A program made the position numbers and the translations under genes. Below, piece by piece: positions 34,323 to 45,121 of a DNA stretch of 64,000 bases (within the stretch, counting starts at the first letter, position 1; each line of letters starts with the position of its first letter). Below the pieces are notes generated by a model. That model had not been told where the DNA came from. It saw only the letters and a program-made list of their open reading frames with translations, and did not search any database. Source of the DNA: a virus. The stretch lies in IMG/VR virus record IMGVR_UViG_3300017989_000002. One strand, 5' to 3'.

Positions 34323-35445
34323 CCATGAGCGACCACGTCCACACCCGCTGCGGCGGCGACCCCTGGCCCGACGACGAGTTCATCACGGAGCAGGCCGTCG
34401 GTACGTTCTGCCTGAAGGCGTGCGAAGACAAGCCCGCCAGCGAGTGCCGGCCCCTCACGCGCAGCAAGGACCTGGTGCCGGGCATGAGGGTCTACGTGCC
34501 CTACCCGTTCGGCGTCCAGAGGGAGGGCCACATCATCCACGCCAGGATGGAGGTGCGCCCTGTCTCGCTGAAGCACGACCTGTGGACGGCCCACGCCATC
34601 GACGGCGAAGGCAACATCGTCCACAGCTGGCGCCCGCTCCTCGTCTTCACCGAGAGGCTCGGGTGGGAGGCGTCAGGGTGGCATCACGCCAAGGCGCTGG
34701 AGCGCGTCGCGCGGGCCCTGTCATGACGCCCCTGGAGGCGTACCGCTCGCTCGACGTAGACGTCAACGGGTTCGTGCATGGGCTCGACTTCTTGCTCGCG
34801 GCTGGGATGTCGGCCCCCGACCTCGAGCGGGCAGCCACCAAGCGCGGTGGGATGCACATCCAGTGGGGGCAGTACCCGTGGACCGATCGGGGACGCCTCC
34901 CTTTCGCCGGAGGACCCTGGCGGGCGATGCGAGGCTACCCCAAGAAGGTCAAGGTGGAGGTGGTGCATGGGACTTCGTGAGTCTGCGAGACGGGAGTGGC
35001 AGGAGGGGGCCAAGCACGGCTTCCCTCCCTGCTGCCGCGCGCAGTTCATCGCAGACCAGGCGGCGTTCGACCTCGTCATGCGCGTGCCGGGAGTCACTAC
35101 CGGCAAGGTGTACCGGGTACGCAAGCTGCTGGATCCGAGGTACGCCATCGCTGACGGCTTCGTGCCGTGCACCTACCACGCGCTGAAGTGGGGGCTGACG
35201 GGCACGAAGGCCGTCAGCCGGGAGCGGCGGAAGCAGGGGGACGCCGCTCGAGGCTACTGCTGCCGCGAGATGAAGCGAGCCATCGCCGACCGCGGCGTCA
35301 TCGTCGAGCGCATCCCTGTTGAGGTCTGGAGCGGCACTGCCCGCATCTGGGTCTTGCGCCACGCGGACGACCCTGTCGAGGGTCGCTTCGTTCACATCAG
35401 GCGCTGCCCGTGGTGCGGGAGGGTGCCGCAGAAGCCGGAGACGCC

Positions 35446-36042
35446 GTGAGCCCACGACACGACAGCCTCGCGGACTGCCACTTCGAGCACGGCACGCGGG
35501 CGAGGTACGTCCGCGGCTGTCGCTGCGACAGTTGCAGGGCTGCAAACACCGCCTACTACCACACGATGATGAAGAAGCGGATCTGGCACGGAGGCAACCC
35601 GCTCGTCGACGCCGGCCCCGCGCGCACCCACCTGCTGAAGCTGTCGAAGCTCGGCATCGGACGCCGGTGGGTGCACGCGCAGTGCGGGGTTGCAGACTCC
35701 ACGCTGCAGAAGATCAGCGGAGGCACCCAGACCCAGTGCCGCAAGGAGACGAGCGAGGCCATCCTCGCTGTCCCGACGAAGCGGGAGCCCCTGGACGGCG
35801 ACCGCATCGACGCAGCGCCTACGTGGCGGCTGCTCCGCGACCTGCTGAAGCGGGGGTGGAGCAAGGCCGAGCTCGCTCGACGCCTGGGATCCACGGCCCG
35901 GCACCCCGCCCTGCAGATCAAGAAGGACCAGGTCAACGCATCGACCGCCCGGAAGGTGCGGGACCTGCACGCCGAGCTCACCCAACTGCTCGACCCCAAC
36001 ACAGAGGCGGCGCGCATCGCTGCCGAGGAGAACCTCCCGTGA
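35446..36042 (+). CDS. Cys-motif plus HTH DNA-binding protein
   Basis: HGT...Y..GCRCDSC; GWSKAELARRLG. Confidence 0.65.
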   Translation: MSPRHDSLADCHFEHGTRARYVRGCRCDSCRAANTAYYHTMMKKRIWHGGNPLVDAGPARTHLLKLSKLGIGRRWVHAQCGVADSTLQKISGGTQTQCRKETSEAILAVPTKREPLDGDRIDAAPTWRLLRDLLKRGWSKAELARRLGSTARHPALQIKKDQVNASTARKVRDLHAELTQLLDPNTEAARIAAEENLP

Positions 36043-38130
36043 CCACCACCACCAAGAAGATCGACCGCCTGGCCGACGCCCTCGTCGACGTCGCCGAGGA
36101 CCTGCCTGAAGAGCACCGAGACGAGTTCCTCGAGGACGTCGCCTCCTCCTTCCCCCTGTCCCTCGCCGGCGACGCCGCGCTGACCCTGCGCGAACGCCTC
36201 GAAGAGCGCTGGATCGAGGAGGAGGGAGACCCCGACCCGCCCTACATCCTGTGCGCGGCGAACTGGTACCCGACGGCGACCACGGTCGCGCACCAGCCGG
36301 TGAACGTCCCCAACGGCGTCGTCGTGGCTGGCCACCGCCACAGCTCCATCTACCCGGCCACCGGCTACCTGGTGGGCGACGCGAGCTGGCCCGACTTCCG
36401 CAAGATCGAGAAGCAGGGCTTCCTCACCAGCGACAACCGCTGGGTCGACCGGGTCGAGGGCTTCCAGATCGCCAAGGCCGCCGACCAGCTCAACTGGGAC
36501 GAGGTGCACCGCCGTGGCGGTGCCGAGCAGCTCTACTCGGAGGACCTGTACTGATGGGCATAGACACCTCTCCTGGCCGTCTGTACTCCAACGAGAAGAC
36601 CCTGCGCGTCATGGAAGACCCTGCCCGCTGGGGCGAATCGTGTCGTCCCGACGCCGCCCACTACACGTGGGCGCTCGGGAACCTGCGAGAGCGTCCAGTC
36701 TTCCGCCTTCGGTGGACTGCTCACGGTAACCGCAGCCCCCTCACATGGACCCGGGACACTTCCGGATGGAAGCCGCTGGACCCCGATCTGGGCCGCGCTC
36801 TGCTGTCCTTCTCTCGTTGGTTCGCGGCCTCCCGGGCCCGGGAGGCGTGGGTACGTGGCGGGAGTGTTGGGGCAAAGCCTGCAGACCCCGGGGGCTGCCC
36901 TCACTCCGACAAGAAGTGCACCTACCTCGAGTACCCGGTCGACTGCCTACAGGACTTCCGGGCGCGCGCTGCGGCGTGGAGACTCGTGCACGAGAAGCTG
37001 GACCTCCCGCACGAGAACCCCGGATTCAGGAATCTCTCCTACGACCGAGGCCTGCTGGTCTCCAACGATGAGGACTGGCCTGACGAGATGTGGGATGCCT
37101 ACTGCTACGCCTGGCGGCTCATCGGCCGCTTCACCGACACAGGGCTGGCTCCGGCCGCCCGCTACGCCCGCAAGCACGGGCTGGAGATCCCCCGATGAAC
37201 ATCACCCTCGAGGCCGAGACCGTCCGCACCATCAAGGAGCGAGGCGGCACCTGGGCCATCTACCAGAACGTCGCGCTGGACAGCGCCGACGCCGGCAAGA
37301 TCGTGTGCCTCCGCTTCGGGCCCGAGTGCACCAGGAAGGAGGCCCTCGACCCGATGCCGGACACGCCCCAGTACGGACCCGGCTGGAAGTACAAGCTCCA
37401 GGCCACCGTCAAGGCCGAGGACCTCCCCGACCCGGACGCGCGCGACGAGGAAGGCCTGAACGCCTACGACCGCGCGCTCGATGCCGCCCTGGACCGCGCC
37501 TTCGAGGAGCACGGCATCGACCCGGAGACGATGGTGGTGACGGGCATCGAGTCCAGCATCGAGTCCAGCGACGTCGTCAAGGTCGAGGACGTCGCGCTCT
37601 TCACCCGCGTGGCCCCGGAGAGCCCATGACCGCCCCGCAGCTCGAAGCCATCAAGAAGTGGGCCCACGAGAATGGGTCCGACCTCGGACACACCGAGGTC
37701 GAGCACCTCCACGACGAGAAGATCGGCTTCACCGTCCCAGTGCGAGCGAAGTGCTGGCCCAAGGGGATGCCGATCTCCGAGCAGATCAAGACCGAGCCCA
37801 CCGCAACCCACACCTGGGGGATCCTGTGAACGACCTTCCCGAGACCGACCCCTACCACGTGTACTGCATCCTGCAGGGTGCAGGCATCGTGCGGGAGGGG
37901 AGGCCCCTCAGGGGCAACTTCCACTGCTACCGGCTCACCCGTGAGCACGCCCCGGAGCTGAGACGGCTCCTGGGCCATGCAGACGAGCCGCGCGACGACC
38001 AGGCCCTCGGGGCCTACCTCGACCGCCACGCCAAGGCGTGGAGCCAGAACATGGACCGAGAGGGCTACCCCCTCGACCGTCAGCACCGGCGGCTCCGCTC
38101 CGCCACCAACCCACTCACCGAGAGGACCTG

Positions 38131-39171
38131 ATGTCCCGTGCCAACCACCAGATCTTGACCCCTGACGGAGAGCGCCTGCGCATCTTCGAGAAGTTCCAGG
38201 TCGACCGCAACCTCCCCAAGCACGCCGCACCCGCAGACGACCAGGCCACCGAAGGCTTCGGGAACAGCGAACCCATGATGTTCGGAGGTGCCCTGAGCGC
38301 ATCGAGCGTTCGTCGCCCGCGTCACCGCGCCTCCCGGCAGTCCATGAACACGGAGGTCGGGAGCCCGATCTCAGGGCGCCAGTGGATGCTGCGCCAGATG
38401 GAGCCCGGGGACGCCAGCCACCTCAACGACATGATGGAGCGCCAGTTCGAGCTCACCTTCTGGCAGCGGTTCCTGTTCGGCTGCCTGCGCGCCATCAGCC
38501 CTCGCCGCCAGCGCGACGGCCTCCCCACCACGATGGACGGCCTCCTGGGCGAGTGGGTGCCGGAGTGGACCGTGCAGGAGTTCTTCGCGAGCTCCAAGAA
38601 CAGCCTCCAGGAGCTCGCGGTGCTCGACGACGGCGCGCGCCGCGTCGAGGCCTACCTGGACCGCGCCGCCGAGGCCGGGCAGGTCGCGCTCAAGGAGGAG
38701 CTCGAGTTCAAGCTGCAGGTGGTCCGGGCCGAGCTCCAGCTCAAGGCCATCGACCAGGCGGCCTACCTCGAGGAGGCCATGATCTGCGAGTTCGTGCGGA
38801 AGTGCGAGAAGGGCCTGCGCCTCGACTGGGTGGCGAACTTCGTGCGCCACATCCCGGACGAGGTCCTGGAGAAGAAGAAGCGCTGCGACGAGCTCTGCAT
38901 CTTCGACAACTACGTCGTCCTGCACTTCGACCCCGAAGGGAAGTCGTGGCTGGAGACGGACGCGGAGATCGAGCGCCGCAAGGACCCCATCCTGTTCGGC
39001 GTGCTCGAGGGCAGCAACCGCCTGTACTTCGTCGCCGACTGGATCGACGAGGTCTGCACCCTGACCCTCGACGAGCTCATCGCCACCCTGCAGGACGACG
39101 ACGCCGAGAAGCAGGAGTCCCTGCCTCGCCACGTGGACCCGCTGGGTGACCTCGACCGGAGGACCTCATGA
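38131..39171 (+). CDS. Hypothetical protein with motifs recalled from large-phage proteins
   Basis: FDNYVVLHFDP, KDPILFG, RLYFVADW. Confidence 0.6.
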   Translation: MSRANHQILTPDGERLRIFEKFQVDRNLPKHAAPADDQATEGFGNSEPMMFGGALSASSVRRPRHRASRQSMNTEVGSPISGRQWMLRQMEPGDASHLNDMMERQFELTFWQRFLFGCLRAISPRRQRDGLPTTMDGLLGEWVPEWTVQEFFASSKNSLQELAVLDDGARRVEAYLDRAAEAGQVALKEELEFKLQVVRAELQLKAIDQAAYLEEAMICEFVRKCEKGLRLDWVANFVRHIPDEVLEKKKRCDELCIFDNYVVLHFDPEGKSWLETDAEIERRKDPILFGVLEGSNRLYFVADWIDEVCTLTLDELIATLQDDDAEKQESLPRHVDPLGDLDRRTS

Positions 39172-39714
39172 GCACCGTCAACAAGGGAATGCACGCCCGC
39201 CGCCTGAAGAGCAACCCCGCCGAGAAGCGCGTGCACGACGCGTGGAAGGAGGTGAACCGGGACGGCGCCATCACGGGGTACCTCACCAGTCCGGACCCCA
39301 ACAAGCAGCTGCCGGCGAACCCGGAGGAGGAGCTCGTGGTCGCAACGGCCATGCAGTGGCTCGGCTCCCCCGTGGGGCAGGCGTTCCTCCGCCGCGCCGG
39401 CTTCTTCCACGAGGACGAGCGGCAGCGTGCGTTCGACGCCGGACTGTCCATCGGGAGCAGGAACCCGGGCATCCATGTCGGTGACCGGGGCAAGGCCTAC
39501 CGAGCCTGGCGGGGGGAGAGCTGATGAAGGCCAAGAGCAAGGGCAGGTCTCTCGAGATCGCCTTCGACAGCACCAAGAAGGACCAGACGGGCGTCGTTCA
39601 CCTGTTCGACGCCCTGCTGGGCCGCGAACCTACGCCTACGTGCGAAGCCTGCGGCGGCACCCTCGGCAAGAAGGGGCCCACCCGCGCCCACTGCGACTGC
39701 CCTACGGAGGCCCC

Positions 39715-40440
39715 ATGACCGCCATCACCTCGTTCAAGGGAGCCTACGCGTTCCTCTCGAACTTCACCCCCGCGGTGGTGCGCCTGCCCGGCAGCGACCG
39801 CAAGTACCCCACTGTCGAGCACGCCTACCAAGCCGCCAAGACGACGGACGACGACACGCGCTACGCCATCTGGTCGGCACGGACGCCGGGGCGAGCCAAG
39901 CGCCTGGGCCAGAAGGTCCAGATCCGACCGGACTGGGAGGACGTCAAGCTCGGCGTGATGCTCGGCCTTCTCCGGCAGAAGTTCGGAGACCACGAAGTCC
40001 TCCAGACGCAGCTCCTCGCCACTGGCGACATGGATCTCGTCGAGGGGAACGGCTGGGGCGACACCTACTGGGGTGTCTGCGCCGGCGTCGGGGAGAACCA
40101 CCTGGGCCAGCTGCTGATGCAGGTCCGGCGCGAGATCCGCCAGCGCTACCTGATTCCGGCGAAGTCGACCGACTACTTCCGCCTCATGCACGCCGCGCTC
40201 GAGGGGGCGTACGAGGCGGCACAGGCCGTGCTCTCCGACGAGAACGCCGGCTACGACGCCAAGGTCGACGTCCTGGTCGACATCGGGGACGCCCTGGCTC
40301 CGTTCCATGGCCCCTACTGCGCCAGGTGCGGCTGGACGCCGCGCCAAGACCCCGCCCGCACCTGGGCCTACTCCGTGCCTCGCCGCATCTGCGACGTGTG
40401 CGCACCCACCTACGAAGCCTCCCTGGAGACGCCTCCATGA
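39715..40440 (+). CDS. NADAR (YbiA-like) hydrolase with C-terminal Zn-ribbon extension
   Basis: FLSNF, YPTVEHAYQAAK, QKF, LLATG...LVE, DTYWG, GENHLG.LLM.VR. Confidence 0.9.
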   Translation: MTAITSFKGAYAFLSNFTPAVVRLPGSDRKYPTVEHAYQAAKTTDDDTRYAIWSARTPGRAKRLGQKVQIRPDWEDVKLGVMLGLLRQKFGDHEVLQTQLLATGDMDLVEGNGWGDTYWGVCAGVGENHLGQLLMQVRREIRQRYLIPAKSTDYFRLMHAALEGAYEAAQAVLSDENAGYDAKVDVLVDIGDALAPFHGPYCARCGWTPRQDPARTWAYSVPRRICDVCAPTYEASLETPP

Positions 40441-40863
40441 CCACCCGCAAGCTGATCGAGACCATCCCCCCTGCCCGCCGTCGTTCGAGACCTGTTCCTG
40501 TCGGCGCTCGGCGACGACGGCTACCTCCCGAACGACCCGCCCCCGCTCGGGACGAAGGCGTGGGCCGTCTGGCTGGCGCTGGCCAACAACCTCAACGCCG
40601 TCCTGCTCAACGAGCAGAACATCGGGGCGATGATGGGCAGCGGCGATGTCCAGACCGTCTTCCTCGAGCTCGACACCTGGGGCGGCGGCATGGCCCCGCT
40701 GCTCAAGTGCGTGGAGCCGTTCGGGAAGTGGAGCATCGACAAGGCCCCCACCACGGCGGAGCGCGCGCTGGACATCGCCGTGAAGAGCCACGACAACGAG
40801 CAGCTGATGGCGCGCATCGCCGCCGAGAACACCCGACTCACACCCATCTTGGAGGCATCGTGA
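40437..40863 (+). pseudogene. ORF interrupted by a +1 shift in a C6 run
   Basis: MTTRKLIETIP continues in a coding-like frame only if C6 (40466-40471) is read as C5. Confidence 0.55.
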
Positions 40864-41954
40864 GCATCCCGCGACCGAAGGAAGGCGACGTCGTCCTCAT
40901 GTGGAAGGGCGCCATCACCGGCAGCCCCTACCCGGTGCCCGACGAGGAGAAGGACGACCCAGCACACTGGGTCGAGGCCGAGGTCCTCGAGACGCCGCGG
41001 CACCGCTCCGCCGAGAAGCAGAGCCAGTACCTGGTGCCCATGGAGGGGGACCACTTCCCGAAGTGGGTGCCGCCGGCTGGCTGGAAGGAGAAGCCCGATG
41101 TCTGACGACCGCATCACCGTCTACCTGGTGATGAAGCTCCAGCCCTGGTCCGAGACGACGCTGCAGCCGACGGGACTGCAGGTGTTTCCTGAAGCTCACA
41201 TCGCCGGCGGGCGTGGTGAGGACACGAAGGACATCGGGGTCGGCTTCATGCCTGTCTACCTGGACATCGAGAAGGCGCGTCAGGACTACCCCGACACGCA
41301 GATCTCGACGGCCACCGTCGCGCGCGCCGCGCTGGGAGGCTGACATGTCGAGCAAGGAAGAGACGCTGCGGGAGCGCCTGAAGAAGATGCGGAAGGTCAA
41401 GACCAGCCTGACTCTCGACCTGAAGGTCGCAGAGTGGCTGGGCACCTTCGACAACAAGAGCGCTGCCGCCAACGAGATCCTGAAGGACGCCATGACGTCC
41501 ATGCAGAAGGAGGGCTCTTGAGCTTCGCCACCTACCACTGCGAGAACGGTCACGACTTCGAGATGCTGGTCTCCGGCGACGTCACCTGCACCGTGTGCGG
41601 CTCGACCAGCGAGAAGCACCTCATCAACAACGGCGGCCTGGGCCGGATCTTCTACATCTCGTACGCCTACAACGTGAAGATCCCCCAGGTGGGCAACGAG
41701 GACTGGCCAGACCTGAGCCGGACCGCTGCCGCCATCGAGGCGTTCGACGAGAGCGGCAAGCACTGGATGGGCGAGTGCGCCGAGATCCGAGCGGTGGGCG
41801 AGGCATTCGCCGCCGACACCGCCGACCGCAACAGTGCGGACGTCGCGCCCCTCATCCGACCAGGACCGCGTGTCCCCAACCCTGGCGCCGAGCCCAGCTT
41901 CGTGCGCCGCTGCGTCGCCCGATGGGTGGCGTCCCGTCAGAAGGAGACCCCCGC

Positions 41955-42317
41955 ATGAACACCGAACGACGAGAGCTTCCCTACGAGGACTGGCTCAAGG
42001 AAGGAGAGGAGCGCTTCGGCGCCGACCGCAAGCAGTGGTGGTTCGTCTGCCCCGTGTGCGGGGTGGTGACCCAGGTCCAGGAGTGGCTCGATGCCGGCGT
42101 CGAGGGCATGATCGCCTTCTCCTGCATCGGCCGCACGATGCCTCCGGACAAGACCCGCGAGGCGCTGGGCGGTGAGGGCGAGGGTCCCTGCGACTACGCC
42201 GGCGGCGGGCTGTTCCGGCTCAACCCCGTCACCATCACCGGACCGGAGGGCACCTCCTCCCGGTTCGAGTTCGCCACGGACGAGCAGGTGGCTGCGGCCA
42301 AGGAGCGTGCGGCATGA
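41955..42317 (+). CDS. VVA0879-like Zn-finger phage protein
   Basis: FVCPVCG, SCIGR, CDYAGGGLFRLNP. Confidence 0.65.
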   Translation: MNTERRELPYEDWLKEGEERFGADRKQWWFVCPVCGVVTQVQEWLDAGVEGMIAFSCIGRTMPPDKTREALGGEGEGPCDYAGGGLFRLNPVTITGPEGTSSRFEFATDEQVAAAKERAA

Positions 42318-42635
42318 GCAACGTCGAGAAGGCTGGCCTCAAGAGCATCACGCTCAAGCTCCACGACGGCAGAACGTGCTCGTGCACGCTGCCGTTCCCC
42401 GAGTGCGAGTACGTGGTGGCGTCCAAGTTCAAGTGCGAGTGCAGCAGGGCGCAGGACCTGCAGGTGGCCGGCTACGGCGACAGCCACAACCCCGACGACC
42501 GGACCACCGAGTCGAAGGCCGGGTGCGCGCGCTGCGGCGGCTCCATCGGCACGTTGATCGTGAAGCACAACACCCTGTTCGGCATCGAAGAAGACCGGCG
42601 CGTCACCGCGGGGCGGTGCCGGGTCTACTGACACC

Positions 42636-42663
42636 AGCCGCCGGCCCTTCGGGGTCGGCGGCT
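42636..42663. terminator. Hairpin between convergent blocks
   Basis: AGCCGCCGGCCC-TTCG-GGGTCGGCGGCT. Confidence 0.8.
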
Positions 42664-43036
42664 ACTCGGCCTTCCCTGCTTCGGCCTCAGCTTCTTCGGC
42701 TTCTGCCTCGGCCACCTTGGCCTTCTTGACCGCAGCGCGCGCCTGCTGGATGTACTCGATGCCCTGCTCGACGACCTCCTCACGGAGAGGAGGCTCGATC
42801 AGAACGGGAGCAGGAGCGGCCACCGGGGGCGGAGCCGCCCTCATGGCTGCCGGAGGGGCGGGCTCCGGGAGGGGCACCAGGATGAAGCCTTCGGGCGGGC
42901 ACTCCGGAGGCTGTGGGCACCAGCAGTCCTCGGGAGGCTCGTCCAGCGCTTGGGCATGCGCCGGCGGTGCGCTGTCGCAGACGCGCAGCGAGAACATGAA
43001 CAAGAGCGGGCCGATGACGGCGTAGCTGGGGCGCAT
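42662..43036 (-). CDS. Signal-peptide, Pro/Cys-rich protein (o-spanin-like)
   Basis: Hydrophobic N-terminus, CWCPQPPECPP, Pro-rich. Confidence 0.5.
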   Translation of the reverse strand: MRPSYAVIGPLLFMFSLRVCDSAPPAHAQALDEPPEDCWCPQPPECPPEGFILVPLPEPAPPAAMRAAPPPVAAPAPVLIEPPLREEVVEQGIEYIQQARAAVKKAKVAEAEAEEAEAEAGKAE

Positions 43037-43284
43037 CACTTCTCCTCGCAGCGGGTGAGCATCACTTCGCAGTAGTCCAGTGCCTGCTCGACGGCATCCT
43101 GGGCTTCGTCCTTCGCGGCACGGGCCTCCTTGCGGACCTCGACCGCGCCCTCGAGGCGCGCCAGCTTGGCCTCGCACGCTTCCTCGTTGTCGGAGGGTCC
43201 ACCGAAGTAGGCGGCGGCACTCCCGCCTCCCAGCAGTAGGGCGAGGAGGCTGCTCACCGTAGCACCCTTGATCGTGACTTCCAT
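43036..43284 (-). CDS. TM plus coiled-coil protein (i-spanin-like)
   Basis: SLLALLLGGG TM, helix with 3 Cys; GGAGG RBS. Confidence 0.5.
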   Translation of the reverse strand: MEVTIKGATVSSLLALLLGGGSAAAYFGGPSDNEEACEAKLARLEGAVEVRKEARAAKDEAQDAVEQALDYCEVMLTRCEEK

Positions 43285-43349
43285 GAGCAGACCTCCGTGA
43301 GGGCAGCCTACCGCGCCGTAGATCCCAACGGAAGGTCGGCCTGAACGGA

Positions 43350-43366
43350 CGCATAAGGACTTGGAG
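43350..43366 (+). promoter_or_regulatory. CGCATAAGGACTTGGAG motif
   Basis: Exact 17-mer, back-to-back with a GATCT-type motif at 43305-43324 (-). Confidence 0.7.
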
Positions 43367-44353
43367 GCCACCCGACTCGGCCCCCAGGAGGCATCGATGC
43401 ACGTCATTCGTCCCAACGTCCCGCCCGGGACCGTCAAGCTCGACACCATCAAGCAGGGAGACACGTTCCGCCTCCCCGCGCACAAGAACTGCGAGACGGT
43501 GTGGATGGTCACCGCCAACCAGAGCAGCCACCCCGACCGCGTCACCAAGGTGCGCACCGTGTCCCTCGTCGCGGGCTCGGTCGCGTACAAGAGCCCCAAC
43601 GCCGACGTCGTGCCGGTCAGCGGCAAGTTCGTGGTCGACGACTGGGGGCACGGCTGATGGGCGTCCTCGACAACGTCCGCGTCAAGCTGGACGACGGCAA
43701 GGGCCCCTCGTCCGACGACAGCCTGGCCGACGTCCTCTACCAGGAGCTGACGGCCCTCACCTACGACGACGAGGAGCCGGGCTTCCTGTTCGCCAGCGCC
43801 CAGTGCTTCGGCATCCCCTGCCACGTCCAGCTGTTCCGGGTGGAACAGACGATGCTGGAGAGCGGGGGCATCGCGAACCAGGAGCCGCACGCCAGCCTGC
43901 TCGAGCACCGCTCGGAGCAGCTCACCGACATGTGGGTCGCCATCGATGGCGGCGGCGGCGGGCCCTGGCGGCTCGTGCAGATCCCCGGGCGCGAAGGCGA
44001 CTGGTGGCCCACCATCACCCCTCACCAGCACTGATGGGTGCCTTCGACTTCGACCGCATGAACGACGCCATCACGGGCATCGAGGACGAGCTCCGCGACT
44101 ACCAGATCCTGGTGCCGTTCACCTACTCGGTGGGCGACATCGAGGTGTCCTTCGACACCGTCCAGCCCGACGGCTGGTGCCTCCGGGTAGGCATCCGGCT
44201 GCTCACCTCGGTCCCTGTCCGCCACAAGGTGGAGATCCTCACCAACCTACAGCTTCTCACCGAGGCCGCTGCCGACGCTCGGCTGTCGCTCAGTGAGAAG
44301 TTCCAACAGGCCACCCTCGCAGCAGAGGCGTGGACCGCACCGCCGGAGGTCCC

Positions 44354-45121
44354 ATGAGCACCCTCGACCTACGGCGACTTGCAGACGACCCCGACTACGC
44401 AGACGACCTCGTCGCCCACTGGGCGGCGCAGAAGGAGACCCTCATGAACCAGACCGCACCCATCAACTGGCGCCGCATCGAGCGCCCCAAGACCTGGCGC
44501 CCCGCCGCCGGAACCACCCTCGTCGGCTACTACATCGGCAAGTCCGTCCGCGACGGCAAGCACGGGCAGTACGAGGTCGTCATCATCGGCGTCCCCGTCG
44601 GCGACGGCTTCAGTCGCCCGCACATGATCTCGGGCACCCAGATCGTGCAGGCCATCGACGCCGGCAACGTGCAGCCGGGCAACCTGGTGCGCGTCACCTT
44701 CGAGGGGATGCAGGAGCTCAAGCGGAAGCGTGACGACGGGACGCCCTTCGAGATGAAGGTGTTCGTCGTCGACGTCGCCGAGGGCTCGCTGTCCGTCGAG
44801 GAGACCGCCGCCTACATCCGGGAGCTCAACGGCGAGATCGAGGTGGAGGAGGACACCCCTCGCCAGTACGACAACGACGTCTTCCACGACAAGGTCCTCG
44901 CCTACTGCGTGGCCGCCCTCGAGCGCGCGCGCCGCGAGAACCCGGACGCGCTGCAGGGGGACGTCGTCAAGACGTCTCTGCTCAACGCCGCCAAGGCCGA
45001 GATGCAGGGTCAGATCGACGCCGGCGAGGTCGTCGTGACGGAGGAGCAGCGCGCCATGCTGCCCGGCATCGTGGACAACGCCCTGCTCGCCACGAACCCG
45101 CTCGGCGGGCGGATGCTGTGA
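44354..45121 (+). CDS. Possible OB-fold ssDNA-binding-like protein
   Basis: W.P..G.TL.G.Y...G..V.V.F.G pattern. Confidence 0.4.
   Translation: MSTLDLRRLADDPDYADDLVAHWAAQKETLMNQTAPINWRRIERPKTWRPAAGTTLVGYYIGKSVRDGKHGQYEVVIIGVPVGDGFSRPHMISGTQIVQAIDAGNVQPGNLVRVTFEGMQELKRKRDDGTPFEMKVFVVDVAEGSLSVEETAAYIRELNGEIEVEEDTPRQYDNDVFHDKVLAYCVAALERARRENPDALQGDVVKTSLLNAAKAEMQGQIDAGEVVVTEEQRAMLPGIVDNALLATNPLGGRML

Larger units (their letters stand above)
30918..42631 (+). other. Long run of co-oriented, mostly hypothetical phage ORFs
   Basis: About 25 abutting ORFs ending at the 42636 hairpin. Confidence 0.6.
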
